Source: the human T2T-CHM13v2.0 reference genome, Homo sapiens. From it: DNA of 64,000 nucleotides. The position numbers were made by a program, and so were the translations under genes. This document shows, one piece after another, positions 31,010-45,239 of the stretch. A model generated the notes under the pieces. The model was not told where the DNA came from and ran no database searches. It saw only the letters and a program-made list of their open reading frames with translations. The first letter of the stretch is position 1, and each line of letters starts with the position of its first letter. Location: the NCBI RefSeq assembly GCF_009914755.1, contig NC_060942.1. The stretch is one strand, 5' to 3'.

Positions 31010-32684
31010 GTTTAGTGAAGAACAGATTCCACAAGGGGAACTTTTTCTTACCCCCCAGGGCACATTTCTACCACCAGGATAGTTTTCAACTCTCAGGACC
31101 CTGAACTTGGGATCAATTTTTTCAGCACCCCAAACAGAGGTATCAGATGTGATTTGTGTGTCTGGCACAATGTTGTCAGAGGCGGGATGGGTTTAAATCT
31201 ACCTCCTACCACCATGAATTTGTAGTCTGTGGCCAGATCAGGATAAGACATGCATGAAATAATAGATCTCAGGTCCATAAATAAATGGAGAATGTGTTGT
31301 GAGGACACCACTGGGGACTTGCAGGAGAAGGGTGAGTGGACGAGCGGCAGACTAATCAGGAAAAGACCTCTCAGGCAAAAGAGAAGGTCGTAGGGTTTGG
31401 AGATAGGAGGAACAGTTTGGAGTCCTTGTCCTACCACATACTGGCTCAATGACCTTGGGTGAGTCATGAGCCTTCTCAATGTCAGAATTTCCTGACAAGA
31501 TCACGTGTTGTGGAAATGAACAGAAATGCCACATTAAAAGAACATTGATCGTTGTTACCTGAAAAAAAATCTCACTTCTTCATTACTTCTGTGTTACTCA
31601 TCTTGAGTTTAGCAGATTCATTACTTCATTAAAAAAAAAAAAAAATCAGCATGTTGAAGTCTCCGATCCAAGTGATGAGCTGGTAGGTAATTCAGGGACC
31701 ATCCTGCTCCTTACTAGTGAGCACGTCTATGTGCAGTGGCCCACTTCTGCCCAGGCGGGACTCTGGCTTCTGTTTCTGGGCATTGCGGTGGGCTGTCATT
31801 TACCCATGACCTCTGGGGCTACGTTTTCTAGCCCCCACCGCCCTCCATCCCATCCCTTCCAGTGCTCTTTTAGTGTTTCTTTACTGGGTTGTGTTATTTT
31901 TGTATCTTTCTAGGGACAGTGTCAAAAAGAGACTTCTCTGTCCAGCCTCCTAATCTTCCTCTCACCTTCCATGGCGTCCTGAAGCCCTTCCCTGGGTATC
32001 CGTGTTACCCCTTCCTCTAGTTTGCTGTTGCTTCCTGTACCCACACACACATAATGACCCACGCATACATCATGACTCACACGTACATAGTGGCTGTTTC
32101 TTTATGGGCATAGTGAATAGTATTACCATCCCCTGCCTAAAAATTATGTAACTGTAGAAAAGTCAGTTCCACTGCCTGTAAAGTCTGCTTCCTAGAGCCT
32201 CGGACTTGGGATAACACCACTAACTAGAATAAGGAATTGGGAATTCAGTCAGCATATCTTAGAGATTCTTGTTAGTGCTTTTCAAAGAACACAGAAGTGG
32301 TGTAATGATCACATTCATTGTTTTTGCAGCAGTGTTTGCATATAAAATAGTTTTAATGGTCCTTAAAACTGTTTATTGGCTTTTGCTCTTAAGTAAGTTA
32401 ACTTTTCCCTTATTTACACTATAAATTTGCTGAGCTAGCCCCTTCCAAATATAAACCAACACCCTACCCACCATTACCGCCCCTCCACACACAAGCATAG
32501 CCCTCCTAATACTCTCAACAGTTCCTAATTATAATTAACTCTAAGCTTAAGGCACACACCAAATCTCCCTGCTAACGAGGCAGCCCCCTTGCAGCCGGCT
32601 CCTCTTTCTAGGGACTGGCAATTGGAGATAATGAGCCAGAATCTGCAGAAGCTTCCCAGGCTCCCTTCCTCCTCTCTTCTGATC

Positions 32685-34260
32685 TTTATTCAACAAGTAT
32701 ATATTGATCTGCCATGTGCCAGGCACTGTGCCAAACCACAGTCATTCTTTCAACAGATATTTGCTGAGTGCCTGTTATACACCAGGCACTATTCTAGGTG
32801 TCAGCGAGAGAGCAGGGAACAAAGCAGACAGGATGCTATGCTGGTGTCGTGCTGCACCTTCTTGTGGGGAAGACAGGAGCAATTGCTGAGTGCAGGGTGT
32901 CAACACCCATGTTAGGAGGTGAGCACCCAGCAAGGAAAATGAAGCAGGGAATGGAGATTGGTCAGGGTGGGTGATGTTTTTAGACTGTGGTCAAGAAAAG
33001 CCTCCCAGAGGGGATGAGATGCCAACCAGGACTTGAAACAGGTGAGAAGACGGAGGAGTGTGGCCGCCCAGGTGGCCGGTACAGCAGGGAAGGCTGTGCT
33101 GCCGGAGCAGCGGGAGTGGGGTAGGGGCAGAGGTGGGAGATGCAGGGACTCTGGGGTGACCACAGGAGCAAGAGCTGACAGGGCACCTGCCCTCCTGAAG
33201 CTGATGGTCCTGGAAGATTTCGTGGGGGAGAAGGGGGTGATGTAAATGATTACAAAATAAAATTCAAGTTAAGGGCACAGAAGGAGTTAACATGGTACCA
33301 TGAGAACTCACAACGTGGGGACTGAGTGAGGAGGTGTGGGAAGGCCTCCCTGAGGATGGGACATGGAAAACAACTGAACAAGAGGGGACGGAGCAGGGAG
33401 GATGCTGCAGAATTGGGAGGGGTTCATGTGAACAGACCCTGTCATGCCGGGGAGCCCCTTGGGTCTGAAGAACTAAAGGAAGGCTGGGTGGCTGGAGCTG
33501 GAAGGACAGGGGTTGGGCAAGAGAAGGAGGGAGGTGGAAGCCAGACCTACAGAGCCTTCTGGGGCAGGTTGAGGACTTTTGTCTTTATTATAAGAATAAC
33601 GGAAACTTCATTAAAGGGGTTGGGGGGGTGTTAATAAAATGTCATTGGAAAATTTAGATCTGACTGCAGAGAAAGTAGGTTCGAAAGGGACAGCTGTTGA
33701 GGAATTTCCAGTAGCCCGAGTGTGACACGATGATGATGTTGGCTAGAAAGAAAATAAGTAGATGAATTCAGAAGAAGTAATGGACCCAACCGAAAGATGG
33801 ATGGGAGACAGGGTGAGGAAGACAGAAGAGCCAGAGATGACTCCTGCGTTTCCGACTTACTGGAGGATGAATGGTTAGATGGATGATGGGCAGTTGAACA
33901 GGTAGACACATGGAAGGATGGATGGGCCATTCCCTTCCAGTATTATCCAGGATGGATAATACTGGAAGGGAACCAGCTGTGGAGAGGAGCTCAGGTTGGC
34001 ATGAGATCAACAGCAGCTTATGAGTTTGATTTGGGGACATATTGAGATGCTTTTGAAACATGCAAATGCGATGCCAAGCAGACAGTTCTGTAGACTGCTG
34101 TGAAATCTGAAAGAGAGGGATCTGGGCTGGATTATAAATCAGTGACCCATTTCATGGGTCATATGGGTGGTGGTAGAAGCCATTGGCAGGAGGAGGTGAT
34201 CTGTGGAGGGAGCAAGGAGGGCATAGAGAGCCCAAGACCCAGCTAAAGGGGCTTTAATAA
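32685..34260 (-). mobile_element. LINE-2 cluster (at least two nested or adjacent copies)
   Basis: Two L2 3' ends (tttattcaacaag...tgtgccaggcactgtg at ~32690; ttcaacagatatttgctgagtgcc at ~32750) followed by purine-rich antisense L2 body ('ttggggacatattgagatgcttttgaaacat'). Confidence 0.75.
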
Positions 34261-35949
34261 TGGGCGGTCCTGAGACAGAACTGCTCAGCGGTGCAGGGAG
34301 CACTCTCATGGAGAGAAGGGGTGCTGCTAGTGTCCTGTTGGTAGATCTAGTAGATCTAGTACAGCAGAGACTCTGATGTAGTGCTGAGGACACGAGGTCC
34401 CTTCTGAGGTGGGTTACCATGCCCTCCTACTCCATTTCCTAACAACGAGGTGTGACTAATCAGTGACTGGAGCTTTGGACCTACCCCAGATTCTTCTAGC
34501 CAGTGAGCCAATCTTGGTTGCTCACATTGAAGGCTTCACTTTTCTAACATTTTGTTTTATAGCAGTGTGCTTCTCTCTGCTAATTGAGTGACTCCAACAG
34601 CGTCTTTGAACGAAGGGAACCAGAGTTTATAGTTAGGTAAGAATGGCCTGGCAGAGCGAGCTTTTGGCATTAAATTCAGGTGGGCACGAGCAAGAGAGAA
34701 GCAGATGGACACAATATGTTTAGGAAGGCATAGGGTAGAATAAATAAATCCCTGCCAGGATTCTGAAGAATAAAGAGAGAGCTCTGACACAGGGATTAGT
34801 CAGTCAGAAAAAGAGTTAGAAAACAAGGCAAGACCCACATGAAACCAACAGGAAGAGGAAAATTCATATGGAGCCACCATCATCGAACTCAAACTTCCTG
34901 CTCAGAACCTGCATGGCAGAGCTGGGAACCGGGTGGAAACAAGCAGGGAGACTGCACTGGAGGTGGCATCTCCACCGGGTAAGGCGCCAAGCACTTCCTG
35001 AGTTGCAGGCACACTGGGTCTCCTGTAGACCCTACCTTGAAACAAGCACAACAGCAATCCTCAGCCCAAATGCAGCCACGGGAGGAGCAAATCCATTATT
35101 TGCAGAAATCAATTGTAATTAAAATTAATTTCCAGCCTTCTCTCAGAGGCTAAATATTACCTTGATAATTGTGATTCCAATTTACCTTATATATGTCACC
35201 AGTATGTAGCAGAGAGAAAGAATTGGTTAGAGGTGAAAGATTATCAGTGATACACTCTATTTCTGCCGCTGTGGGAATATCTAATCACACACAAGTTAAA
35301 ACTGCATGACTATTGTCAATATCCGTCATGTTTAATATGGAAGTGTTAAAATATTTGAAGTTACTTAGAGATATTTTTAAACGTAATGTTACCTGATGGA
35401 AAGGGCAGAAATACCATGTTCTACAGACTTAGGGTGGGGCATAGACCTGCCCTAAATCTCGCATCACCCCAGTCCAATGCATGCCTATGTACACGGGGGG
35501 AAAACCTCAGCGGATTATAATTCTTCAACGCTAAGCACTGGTTTGTTGTGACAAGGTCTTTATGTGCCTGTTTCTTACCCAAAAATATCTGCTTTTCTCT
35601 GTTTCATCTAGTAAAGGCTTTTTTTGAGAGATATGAGACAAATAGCAAGTCGTTTTTATGCAGATGGAGTTTCTCAAAGTGGCAGAGTTTGTTACATTTC
35701 TTGATGGGGTAACATTGAGTTGTGATTATGATATAAACATGAGTTTAATTTTGATCATATTCAAGTCATGCATGGCAAATAGATTTCTTTTTCTCCAATT
35801 CATACACATTAAAGAAACTTTGTACACTGTGGAAAACTTGGGGAACATATCCCAGAATCTCACCATCCAGATTCAAACCCTGCTAACATTTTTTTTATGT
35901 TTCATTCCAGTCTTCTTATTTTTCTATCTCTTGAAGCTGTTGACTTTAT

Positions 35950-36260
35950 TTTTTTTTTTTTTTGCTCTTTGTTTTTCAATGAGAATAGATGTGTTATTCT
36001 CTTTCTAATTACAAAGATAATATAAACCTTGTGGACCATTAAAGTAGTACGTAAAATCATAAAGATGATAATAAAAATCACTCCAGATTTTATCCCCTGC
36101 AGAAACCTCATTCTTCCAGTTGTCCCACTGTGCATACCTACACGTACACCAATGCGTTTGATTATTTCATGTAAATAGACTCTTATTAGACATGCTGCCT
36201 TGTAGCCTGCTCTTCTTCACTCTGTAATATGTCCCAGAGATCTTTCCAGGTAAATAAATT
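35950..36260 (-). mobile_element. Ancient L1ME-like 3' fragment
   Basis: 'ttgtagcctgctcttcttcactctgtaatatgtcccagagatctttccagg' resembles an antisense L1ME 3' UTR. Confidence 0.5.
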
Positions 36261-36504
36261 AAAGGCCTGGTAATCCTTTTGAATGATTTTATCAGATTTT
36301 TTGCTTGTTTGCCCACCATTCTTCAGTCTCCTGTTTATATCATTGAATGGTTACCAAGGTGGTGTTAGGAAAAAAACGTCTGTTTTAGAAAAAGCAGTCC
36401 TTGGCATGGATTCACTAGTGAGGGAAGCAACTAGAGGCAAAAATGAAATAGTGCAGATGAAAATGATCAGGTCTTGAATTAAGTCATTGGCACTAATAAG
36501 ACAA

Positions 36505-36760
36505 GTGATAGCTAACTTTCCCTTACTTCTTATTGTATACCAGCTACTTACTAATGATTACTTATATTAATTCACTTAATCCTCACAAAACTCTATAATA
36601 TAGGCAGTATTGTTATTCCCATTTTACAGTTGGGGAAACTGAGGCACAGAGCGGTCAAATAACTTCTCCAAGGCCACACAACTAGAAAGCAGCATAACTG
36701 AGATTCATACAGGGATTCTGGCTCGGGAGCCCGGGATCCTAACCTCCGTGCTCCACTACA
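36505..36760 (-). mobile_element. Near-full-length MIR
   Basis: 'ttaatcctcacaaaactctat...attcccattttacagttggggaaactgaggcacagagcggtcaaataacttctccaaggccacacaactag'. Confidence 0.9.
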
Positions 36761-36865
36761 CAGAAATAGGGATAGGTTGTTGAGCAGATACCAGGAGATT
36801 AAAATGTAGAAGTTATTGAAGAGCATTCAGCATGTCTTCAAACATTTCTCCTGTTTCCTTTTTAA

Positions 36866-37344
<479 letters not shown>

Positions 37345-37535
37345 CTAACTGTACTGTGTTCCAGGCACCTGATAATACTATGCATTATCTTATTTGGTCC
37401 TCCCAGAACTCCTAGGAAAGTAGCCCCTTGTCACCCCTTTTTACAGATGAAGCTCAGCAGGACTCCAAATTTGTGCAGATGCATGTGAGTTGTAGAGCCA
37501 GCATCAAATCATGGTCTTGGACACCAAAGCCCCTG
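37345..37535 (-). mobile_element. MIR
   Basis: 'tgtgttccaggcac...ccctttttacagatgaag'. Confidence 0.65.
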
Positions 37536-38647
37536 TTAGTTTCATTTCCTGCAAAATGTGAATGTGAAATGGCTTTGGAATAATCAAGGAAAAGCACCCA
37601 TGCTGGCAGAGAAATACAGATGGTAATTAAAAACTACAGCTCAGGTCTTCTCAAACTTAGCAGGCTGTGTGCCCCAGAAATACCAAGTCCTCATAGTCTT
37701 GACCCCGTGGTTTTCATGGTTAGTAATTGACCTGTTGTTAACCACAAAACTGATTGAATTCTACAGATCTTATGCCTAGGCAGTTGAGTTTTCCAAACTT
37801 TTTCCTCCCTTCAACCCCAATGGCTAGACCCTGGCCCTGAGAGAGGGCCCCTCCCAGCTGGTAAGCCTTCAAAACAAACCTGCAGAACAGGGCTTATCAT
37901 TGGACAATTGGCATTTCTTTGGATTCTTTGTCTGAGTGTCTCCCACATTTGCCAGATGCCAGAAATGTCTGTGAGGCATTTCCTCATAAAAATTTGATAT
38001 GATTTAGCCTCAAGAGTACCCCAAGGAATAACTGAGTTTTCCTGAAAGAATGGTTGATACATATTTGTCTTTGTAATTGGCATCTGATTCAAGGTGAATG
38101 ATATTTCAAGAACATATGGTGAGGGGCATCCATATACTGATTTATTTGCCCCAACAGTCTATATCTGTTGTTTTCATAGTCATCTGAGAGCTTTGTTTGA
38201 GAGAGGACGCGTAAGAATCTGCAGTTTCTGTGCCAAGTCATTCTTAGACGTCCAAGCAGCAGAGCATGGGGGAGCTGGAAGAGCCAATCATTTCACTTCT
38301 TTAGCTTTTACATTCACCGACTTAATGTGAGTGATGGTGATACTTACCTATTTCTTGTATTCTGGAAGACATAGGGATTAACTTGAGAAGTGCTGACCTG
38401 TTTCAGCCAGGAAGTGCAATCATGTGATGATCAGCCTGCTGCTCTCCATGGCAGAACACATGTCCCGCGTTCTCCACCCCAACTGGACCCTTTCTTGAGA
38501 CTTACCCCACGCTCACTGCTAACACAGGTATCTCCTGGGCTTGAGGTGGATTCACTTATCAGTGTTCACCTTATTTTATCACTAAAACAAAAATACTTCA
38601 TAAACTACATAATGTATGACTGTTATCCTCTATTAGAAAGCTATAGA

Positions 38648-38962
<315 letters not shown>

Positions 38963-39151
38963 CTATAGAGTCACCGTCACTCCTGCCTTGATTTCATCAG
39001 GGAAAGGGAACTCACCATCTCAGGAAAATGTGCCTAGCAAAAGAATTCACAGGGCTCTAGGCTGCAAGTCCATGAATGCCCTTTCCTAGGATATCAGGGA
39101 CCAGAGTGGAACATGAGCTATTATTACAAGGGAGGGATGGAAAAATTAGAC

Positions 39152-39224
39152 TTTTTTTATTTTTGGAAAAATACACATAAAATTTACCATCTTAACCATT
39201 TTTAAGGTCAGTGCCATTAAGTAC
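39152..39224 (-). mobile_element. L1MB-like 3' end fragment
   Basis: 'aaatacacataaaatttaccatcttaaccatttttaag...cattaagtac'. Confidence 0.7.
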
Positions 39225-39480
39225 TGTTAAAAGAAAAACTTTAGACAAATTAAATTTAGCCAGGTTTATTTGAGCAAAGACCAATTCATGAGTCAGGCAG
39301 CCCTCAGAAACAGAAGAGGTTCAGAGAGCCACACCTACAAGTGTGAGTGGCAGGCTTTTGTAGGCCAAACAGAGAAGCAAAGTAGAGAAATCACCTAATT
39401 GGCTACAGCTAGGCATCTGCCTTATTTGAGCATGGTGTGATGAGTTTGGAGTTGGCTGCCTGATTGGTTGAAACCCTTCC
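39225..39480. mobile_element. ERV1 (MER4-group, MER31/MER67-like) LTR fragment
   Basis: 'tgttaaaagaaaaactttagacaaattaaattta...tttgagcaaaga...ggctacagctaggcatctgccttatttgagcatgg'; subfamily and orientation uncertain. Confidence 0.6.
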
Positions 39481-39497
39481 TGTTTTATGTATTCCCT

Positions 39498-39817
39498 AGC
39501 ACATGGTCCAATAGAAAGAAACTATGAAATATAAATGCAAGCCACATGTATAATATTAAATTGTCCTTAAATCTAATAGCCACACTAAGTAACAGAAAAA
39601 GAAATAAATTACTTAAGTTTAGTAATATATTTTATTAAATCTAATATGTCCTAAATGTCAACTTTTCAACATGCAGTCAGTATAAAAAATATAAATGAGG
39701 TATTTTACATTCTTTTTATCGTGCTAAATATTCCAAATTTGATGTGTATTTTACACTTACAGCACAATTAGGATTAGCCTCATGTGGCTAACAGATACCC
39801 TATTAGACAGTACAGAT
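39498..39817 (+). mobile_element. MER33-like hAT-Charlie element
   Basis: 'gtccaatagaaa...atgcaagccacatg...gtgtattttacacttacagcaca...catgtggcta...tattagacagtacag'. Confidence 0.75.
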
Positions 39818-39889
39818 CTAGACAATATAGTTACATTTTGCCTGGCTTTTAACTTTACATAAGTAAAAGTATGTAACATATATCTCTGT

Positions 39890-40072
39890 TATCCAGTATT
39901 GTACCTACTAACTACACATAATTGTTTAAGTTCATTAAAATTAAATTAAAATTTCAGTTCCTTTGTTACTCCAGCCACATTTCATGTGCTCAGTAACTAG
40001 TGTGGCCTTTGTACTGGTGAGCACAGATATAGAATGTTTCCATCAGCACAGAAAGTTCTACTGGACAGCGTT
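39890..40072 (-). mobile_element. MER3-like hAT-Charlie MITE
   Basis: 'aaatttcagttcct...cagccacatttcatgtgctcagta...gatatagaatgtttccatcagcacagaaagttctactggacagcg'. Confidence 0.85.
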
Positions 40073-40079
40073 GGTATAT

Positions 40080-40530
40080 ACTCTTCTGTGTATTGCTTTT
40101 TTTGTTGTTCAACTATGTTTGTATGATTTGTTCAAGTTGTATGTAAATGTAGCTTGTTCATTTTCATTACTAAATAGCATTCCACTTTATTAATATAGTA
40201 CAATTTATGTCTCCCTTCTGTTGATGGACATTTGGATTGTTTATAGTTTTGTCAATTGTAAACAGTATTGCTTCAGTACGTTTCAAGATGCACACAGTAT
40301 CCATTTCCTCATGGCTGGGTCATAGGTCGTGGATGTCTTCAGCTTTACTAACTAGCAAATTGTTTCCCAAAGTGATTGTACTAATTTTCATTTCCACCAG
40401 CAGAATCTGTGAGTTTATATTATTCCACATCCTCACCTGAACTTGGTGTTCAGACTTAAATGTTTTGCCTTTCTAGTGGGTATGTGATGGTATCTCATTG
40501 TAAGCTGGGCTTTTTTTCACTTACTGATAA
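40080..40530 (-). mobile_element. Old LINE-1 fragment (L1MC/L1ME-like)
   Basis: 'ctgttgatggacatttggattgttt...cccaaagtgattgtactaattttcatttccaccagca...atggtatctcattg'. Confidence 0.75.
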
Positions 40531-40642
40531 AAATAAATGTTTATTGATTATATATTTATCAATATATATTTATACTATTATTTTCATAGAAGTGTGCACA
40601 CAGGAGGTGAAGATGAATATAAGACACAGCTCCTCTTAAATA

Positions 40643-40959
40643 GTTTTTGTTTTTATAGAGACAGGGTCTTGCTCTGTTGCCCAGGCAAGTGCAGTGGTGT
40701 AATCATAGTTCACTGCAGCCCCAAACCACTATGCTCAAGGGATCCTCCTGCCTCAGCCTCCCTAGGACTACAGGTGTGCTCCACCATGCTAGGCTAATTC
40801 TTTTTTCAATTTTTATTTTTTATAGAGACAAGGTCTCTAAAAATAATAATAAAAATGTCATGTTGCCCAGGCTGGTCTTGAACTCCTGAGCTCAAGCTAT
40901 CCTCCTGCCTCGGCCTCCCAAGTAGCTTGGTCTGCAGGCATATGCCATCACATCCAGCT
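40643..40959 (-). mobile_element. Diverged Alu (AluJ-like)
   Basis: agagacagggtcttgctctgttgcccagg...gaactcctgagctcaagctatcctcctgcctc. Confidence 0.88.
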
Positions 40960-41079
40960 AAGGTATTTTTGATCTGTAGGAGAAATAAGTCATGTCTATA
41001 GATAACCATATATAAGAGCACCAAAAAGTGAAATCAAAGGACTATTGACATTTAAGGAAGGAGAATTTATACCCAACAA

Positions 41080-41990
41080 CCTACTCCATATCTCTATTCA
41101 GATGGTAAACACCTCAGATTAAATATATCCAACACTGCGTGCCTCATTTCCATCACCCACCCCAAGCTGGCTTTTCTCCATGGTTCACATCTTAGTCAAT
41201 GGCACCATCTTCTGCCCTTTTTCTCAGATCAGAATCCTAGAAGTCAACATGATACCTCTTCTCATCCACAATAAGTGAACTGATCATTGTGGTCAGTCCT
41301 ACCACCTAAATACCCCTCAGATTCAGCCCTGTCCACTAGCCCTCTCTATGCTAAACTGCCATTGATCCCCTAGGACTCTTGCAGTAGCCTCCCCATTGTC
41401 TCCCCACTCCCACAGCCCTTCCAGTTCGTCCTCAACAATAGCGGGCATCTGATGAAATGAAGCACGCCCCTGCCTGTGGCTTCCCACGGTGCTCAGGATG
41501 AAGGTCCTAATGACCTGGCCTTCCCTCCTCTCTGTTCTCATTTCCCACCACTCTCCTCCCTGGCTTCTGACAGCACATTCACCACACCAACCTTCTTTGG
41601 TTTCCTGAACATACTAGATCCTTCCTACCTCCTGGCCTGAATACACACTATCTCCTGGACTTGAAATTTAGGAGTTCTGCCCTCTCCACTTTCCATCTTC
41701 ATGGTTTGAGCTTCAATGTCCCTTTATTAGGGAATTGTTTGCTAGCTCTTCAGAGTAGGTCAGGACCCATGCCATTCACTCTCATAGCTCTCTGTCCTTT
41801 CCAACTTAGCACTTATCAAAATTGTATTTAAGTCATTATTTAAGCAATGACTGTTTAATGTGTTTTCCATTGCCTTAAGTCCCATGAACTCAAGCACCGT
41901 AAATCTAATTTGTTTAACACTACATATCCCCAACACTTAGCATAGTGTTTGGCATATAGCAGATACTCAAAAAGTCACTGAATAAATGAG
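41080..41990 (+). mobile_element. LINE-2 3' region
   Basis: 'cttagtcaatggcaccatc...cttagcatagtgtttggcatatagcagatactcaaaaag...tgaataaatga' is the canonical L2 3' end. Confidence 0.85.
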
Positions 41991-42139
41991 AAGACCTTAC
42001 TGAGGAGGGGACATCTGAGTTGAATACTGAAAAATTGGCAGAATTTGGACAGTTAGAGATGGTTAGGAATGATTAGGTAAGAGATTTCTAGAAGATGAAA
42101 TAGCTCAGTATTCTGACAATATTAGACAAGCCTGTATTA

Positions 42140-42449
<310 letters not shown>

Positions 42450-43639
42450 CCTGAAATTTAAAAAGGCACTGTGGACCCATTCAAGGTATCTTGGATGATC
42501 CTGGACCACCACCCATTCATTAGCATGGGGAAGAGTTCAATCCTTGTTGCTCACTTGCTGTGTATTAGGCAGGGCCCCACACATGGGACTGCAGCCTGTG
42601 CCTCTGTGCTGTGAATGGAGTCTTTTGGAGTTAGGCATGTGACCTTGGGGAAAGGTACTCTTAGGGATGTTCAGATTATATATGACACTGTCTCTGACCA
42701 CAGGACATTGTAATCTAGTAGAATCAATAAAAGAAAAAAGATACTACCATGTATATAAAGGCAAAACCCATCTCATTCTGTTAGGAAGTCAACTGTACAT
42801 GTGTCTTACAGGTTTCTCCATCCTGAGGGGAGTAAGGGCAATTGAATCTGGAGAAGTAGCAGCCAAGTTAAATTTTGGGGTGTGGATAAACTGAACTGTA
42901 GGAGATGATGGTAAAACTCTACTTCAGAGGCTCTGTTGATAGGAAATAGGAATTCAGTCCTGGTGGAGATTGACGTCCCTAAAGAGAACCCTCCAGAATA
43001 GCCTGAGCAGCCCATGGGTGGTAAATCACAGGGAATGAGCAGCACTCATCCTGAGGAGCTCAGAGAATTCAAGCACAAAATAGACAGGAATCTGACGAGG
43101 GGGTACAACAGATCTTCGAGACAGGCCTGCTTAGATTGCAAGGTTCTAATTCGGTCGGTTGCCTGCCTTTTGAAAACCTGCCCAGGGAAAGCCTGAGTAT
43201 CCAGGAAGGTGAACCTGACCTCCCTTCAGAGGAGCTGACGAAAGCCCAGTGTGTGTGGAGTAGCCGTGATTCAGTTCTAGGGTGCATCTTTCATTCTTGA
43301 AGTTCAAATGGCATTGCCGGTGCTTGTGGCACCCTTCTGTGCAGTAGTTGCATGTAGGCACTGGCTCTCCTAAGATACACAAAAGCCATAACAATCTACA
43401 CATGTCCAGTGCACCAGCTCACCTCCCCCAAACCCCCAACAGTGGAAAACATATACAGGGAGCCACTGGTTTTAAGCAGCAAAATGTGTCCTAGGAAATT
43501 GGTTCTTAAAGCAGATCACCATGAGGAAACATTCTGACTGCCGGTGAGTCTGTTCCTGGGGTTGCTGTTATCTGCTTGGACATCATCTGTAAAAACAGCA
43601 GGAAGAAAAATGTGGCTGTCCATTACATAGCCCATGACA

Positions 43640-43830
43640 ATAATAACTGACATCTATCCATCGCTTCCTATATACCAGGCTTTTTTATGATCTCTTTATG
43701 TGTATTATTTTGATGCTCACAGTAATCCCACAAGGTAGGCACTCTTCATCTCCATTTTACAGCGAAGGAAGCACAGAAAGATTAAGTAACTGGCCCAAAA
43801 CCACACGTGAAGGATTCTAACCCACCAGCA
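43640..43830 (-). mobile_element. MIR
   Basis: 'ctccattttacagcgaaggaagcacagaaagattaagtaactggcccaaaaccacac'. Confidence 0.75.
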
Positions 43831-44700
43831 GCGATTCTCACCCACACACTCGACCCCAGAAATTGCTCATCCCATAGTCTCCTGTGAGCAGAGCAGGAAG
43901 ACATGACCTCCTCTCAGCTTTTCTCCTTCTCTGGCCCAGCTTGTCACCACATTCCAGATAAACTTATTGCACCCCAACTAATGGTAAGGCACTGACATGA
44001 AATAATGTGACTACCTGTCATGAAGTGGAAAGCCCCGTCAAGGAAGGAAAGTTAGAAAATTGACACCGATTTCCTTCTGCCTGTGCTGTTGACAACAAAC
44101 AAAACATTTACTCGACAGGAGGTTAAACTCCAGAAACCAATATGAAATTTTGACTTTCACCCATTAGCATTTCAAGGAATGGGTCCAGGTCAATAGTTGC
44201 TCCAGTGACTGAGGATAAAAGGGTCCGTCATCTGCAGCTCCCCTGGCTTTTATCTCAAAAGCTGTGGGCTTCATTTCTCACCCACTAACCCAAAAGAAAT
44301 GTTGAGTAAAGTTAGCATCAGAAAAAGGCAGTAGCAGTTTAGAAGCAGGGTTTCCCACTGCTCTAGCAACATTGGAAGTGAAGTTTTGCAAAATGTTCTT
44401 ATCAGGCCCCCCTGTGCTTTCCTTTCAGGGCAGCTGGCTTTTATCTGTTCTGAATACTGAGTTTTAGCATACACTTTAATTGGAAGGAAGGGTCCCTCTG
44501 CTAAAAGGAACAGTTATTTAGGTAAATACTTTTTAAAGGACATATATTTTCAAAAAACGAAAATGCACTTTTTATTTCTTCAAAAGTTATTTTGGGGGTA
44601 AATCTGCTATGTTCCAGGCTCTAATCTAAAGGCCAGGGACACAGCAGTGATCAGTGCAGGAAAATTCTGCCCTTAGGGTGCTATTAGCACATCCTTTCTT

Positions 44701-44965
44701 TTTTTTTTTTAATTTTTAGTTTTTTATTTCAATAGGTTTTGGGGGAACAAGTGGTGTGTTTGGCTACATGAATGAGTTCTTTAGTGGTGATTTCTGAGAT
44801 TTTGGCGCACCCGTCACCCAGGCAGTGTACACGGTACCCAGTGTGTAGTCTTTTCTCCCTTACCCCCTTCTCCCCCTTTCCCCTGAGTCCTCAAAGTCCA
44901 CTGTATCATTCTTATGCCTTTGTGCCCTCTTAGCTTAGCTCCCATTTATGAGTGACAACATACGA
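44701..44965 (-). mobile_element. 5'-truncated L1PB-like 3' end with TSD
   Basis: Poly-T then 'ttcaataggttttgggggaacaagtggtg...cttagctcccatttatgagtgacaacatacga'; 15-bp TSD agcacatcctttctt (44686-44700) / agcacatcccttttt (44966-44980) followed by aa, an L1 endonuclease TTTT/AA site. Confidence 0.92.
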
Positions 44966-44995
44966 AGCACATCCCTTTTTAAAATATGGATTTGG

Positions 44996-45119
44996 GGCCA
45001 GGTGCTGTGGCTGACACCTATAATCCTAGCATTTGGGAGGTTGAGGCAGGAGAACTGCTTGAAGCCAGGAATTTGAAACCAGCGTGGGCAACATAGCCAG
45101 ACCCCATTTCTGAAAAAAA
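44996..45119 (+). mobile_element. FLAM (free left Alu monomer)
   Basis: ggccaggtgctgtggctgacacctataatcc...gcaacatagccagaccccatttctg plus an A-tail; monomeric. Confidence 0.85.
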
Positions 45120-45239
45120 TTAAGGTAACAAATAAAATACAATATACATTTTCAAGGAAATAATTGAGATACATCAATAGTATTTGCAGATAATTTTTTT
45201 TACCCTGGAAATACTTAAATATAACTAATTAATACCATA

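Noticed and set aside
35423-35459. Hairpin agacttagggtggg...cctgccctaaatct as a possible small RNA
   Set aside because: Stem of about 14 bp with G-U pairs and a mismatch is too short for a pre-miRNA; no snoRNA or tRNA motifs.
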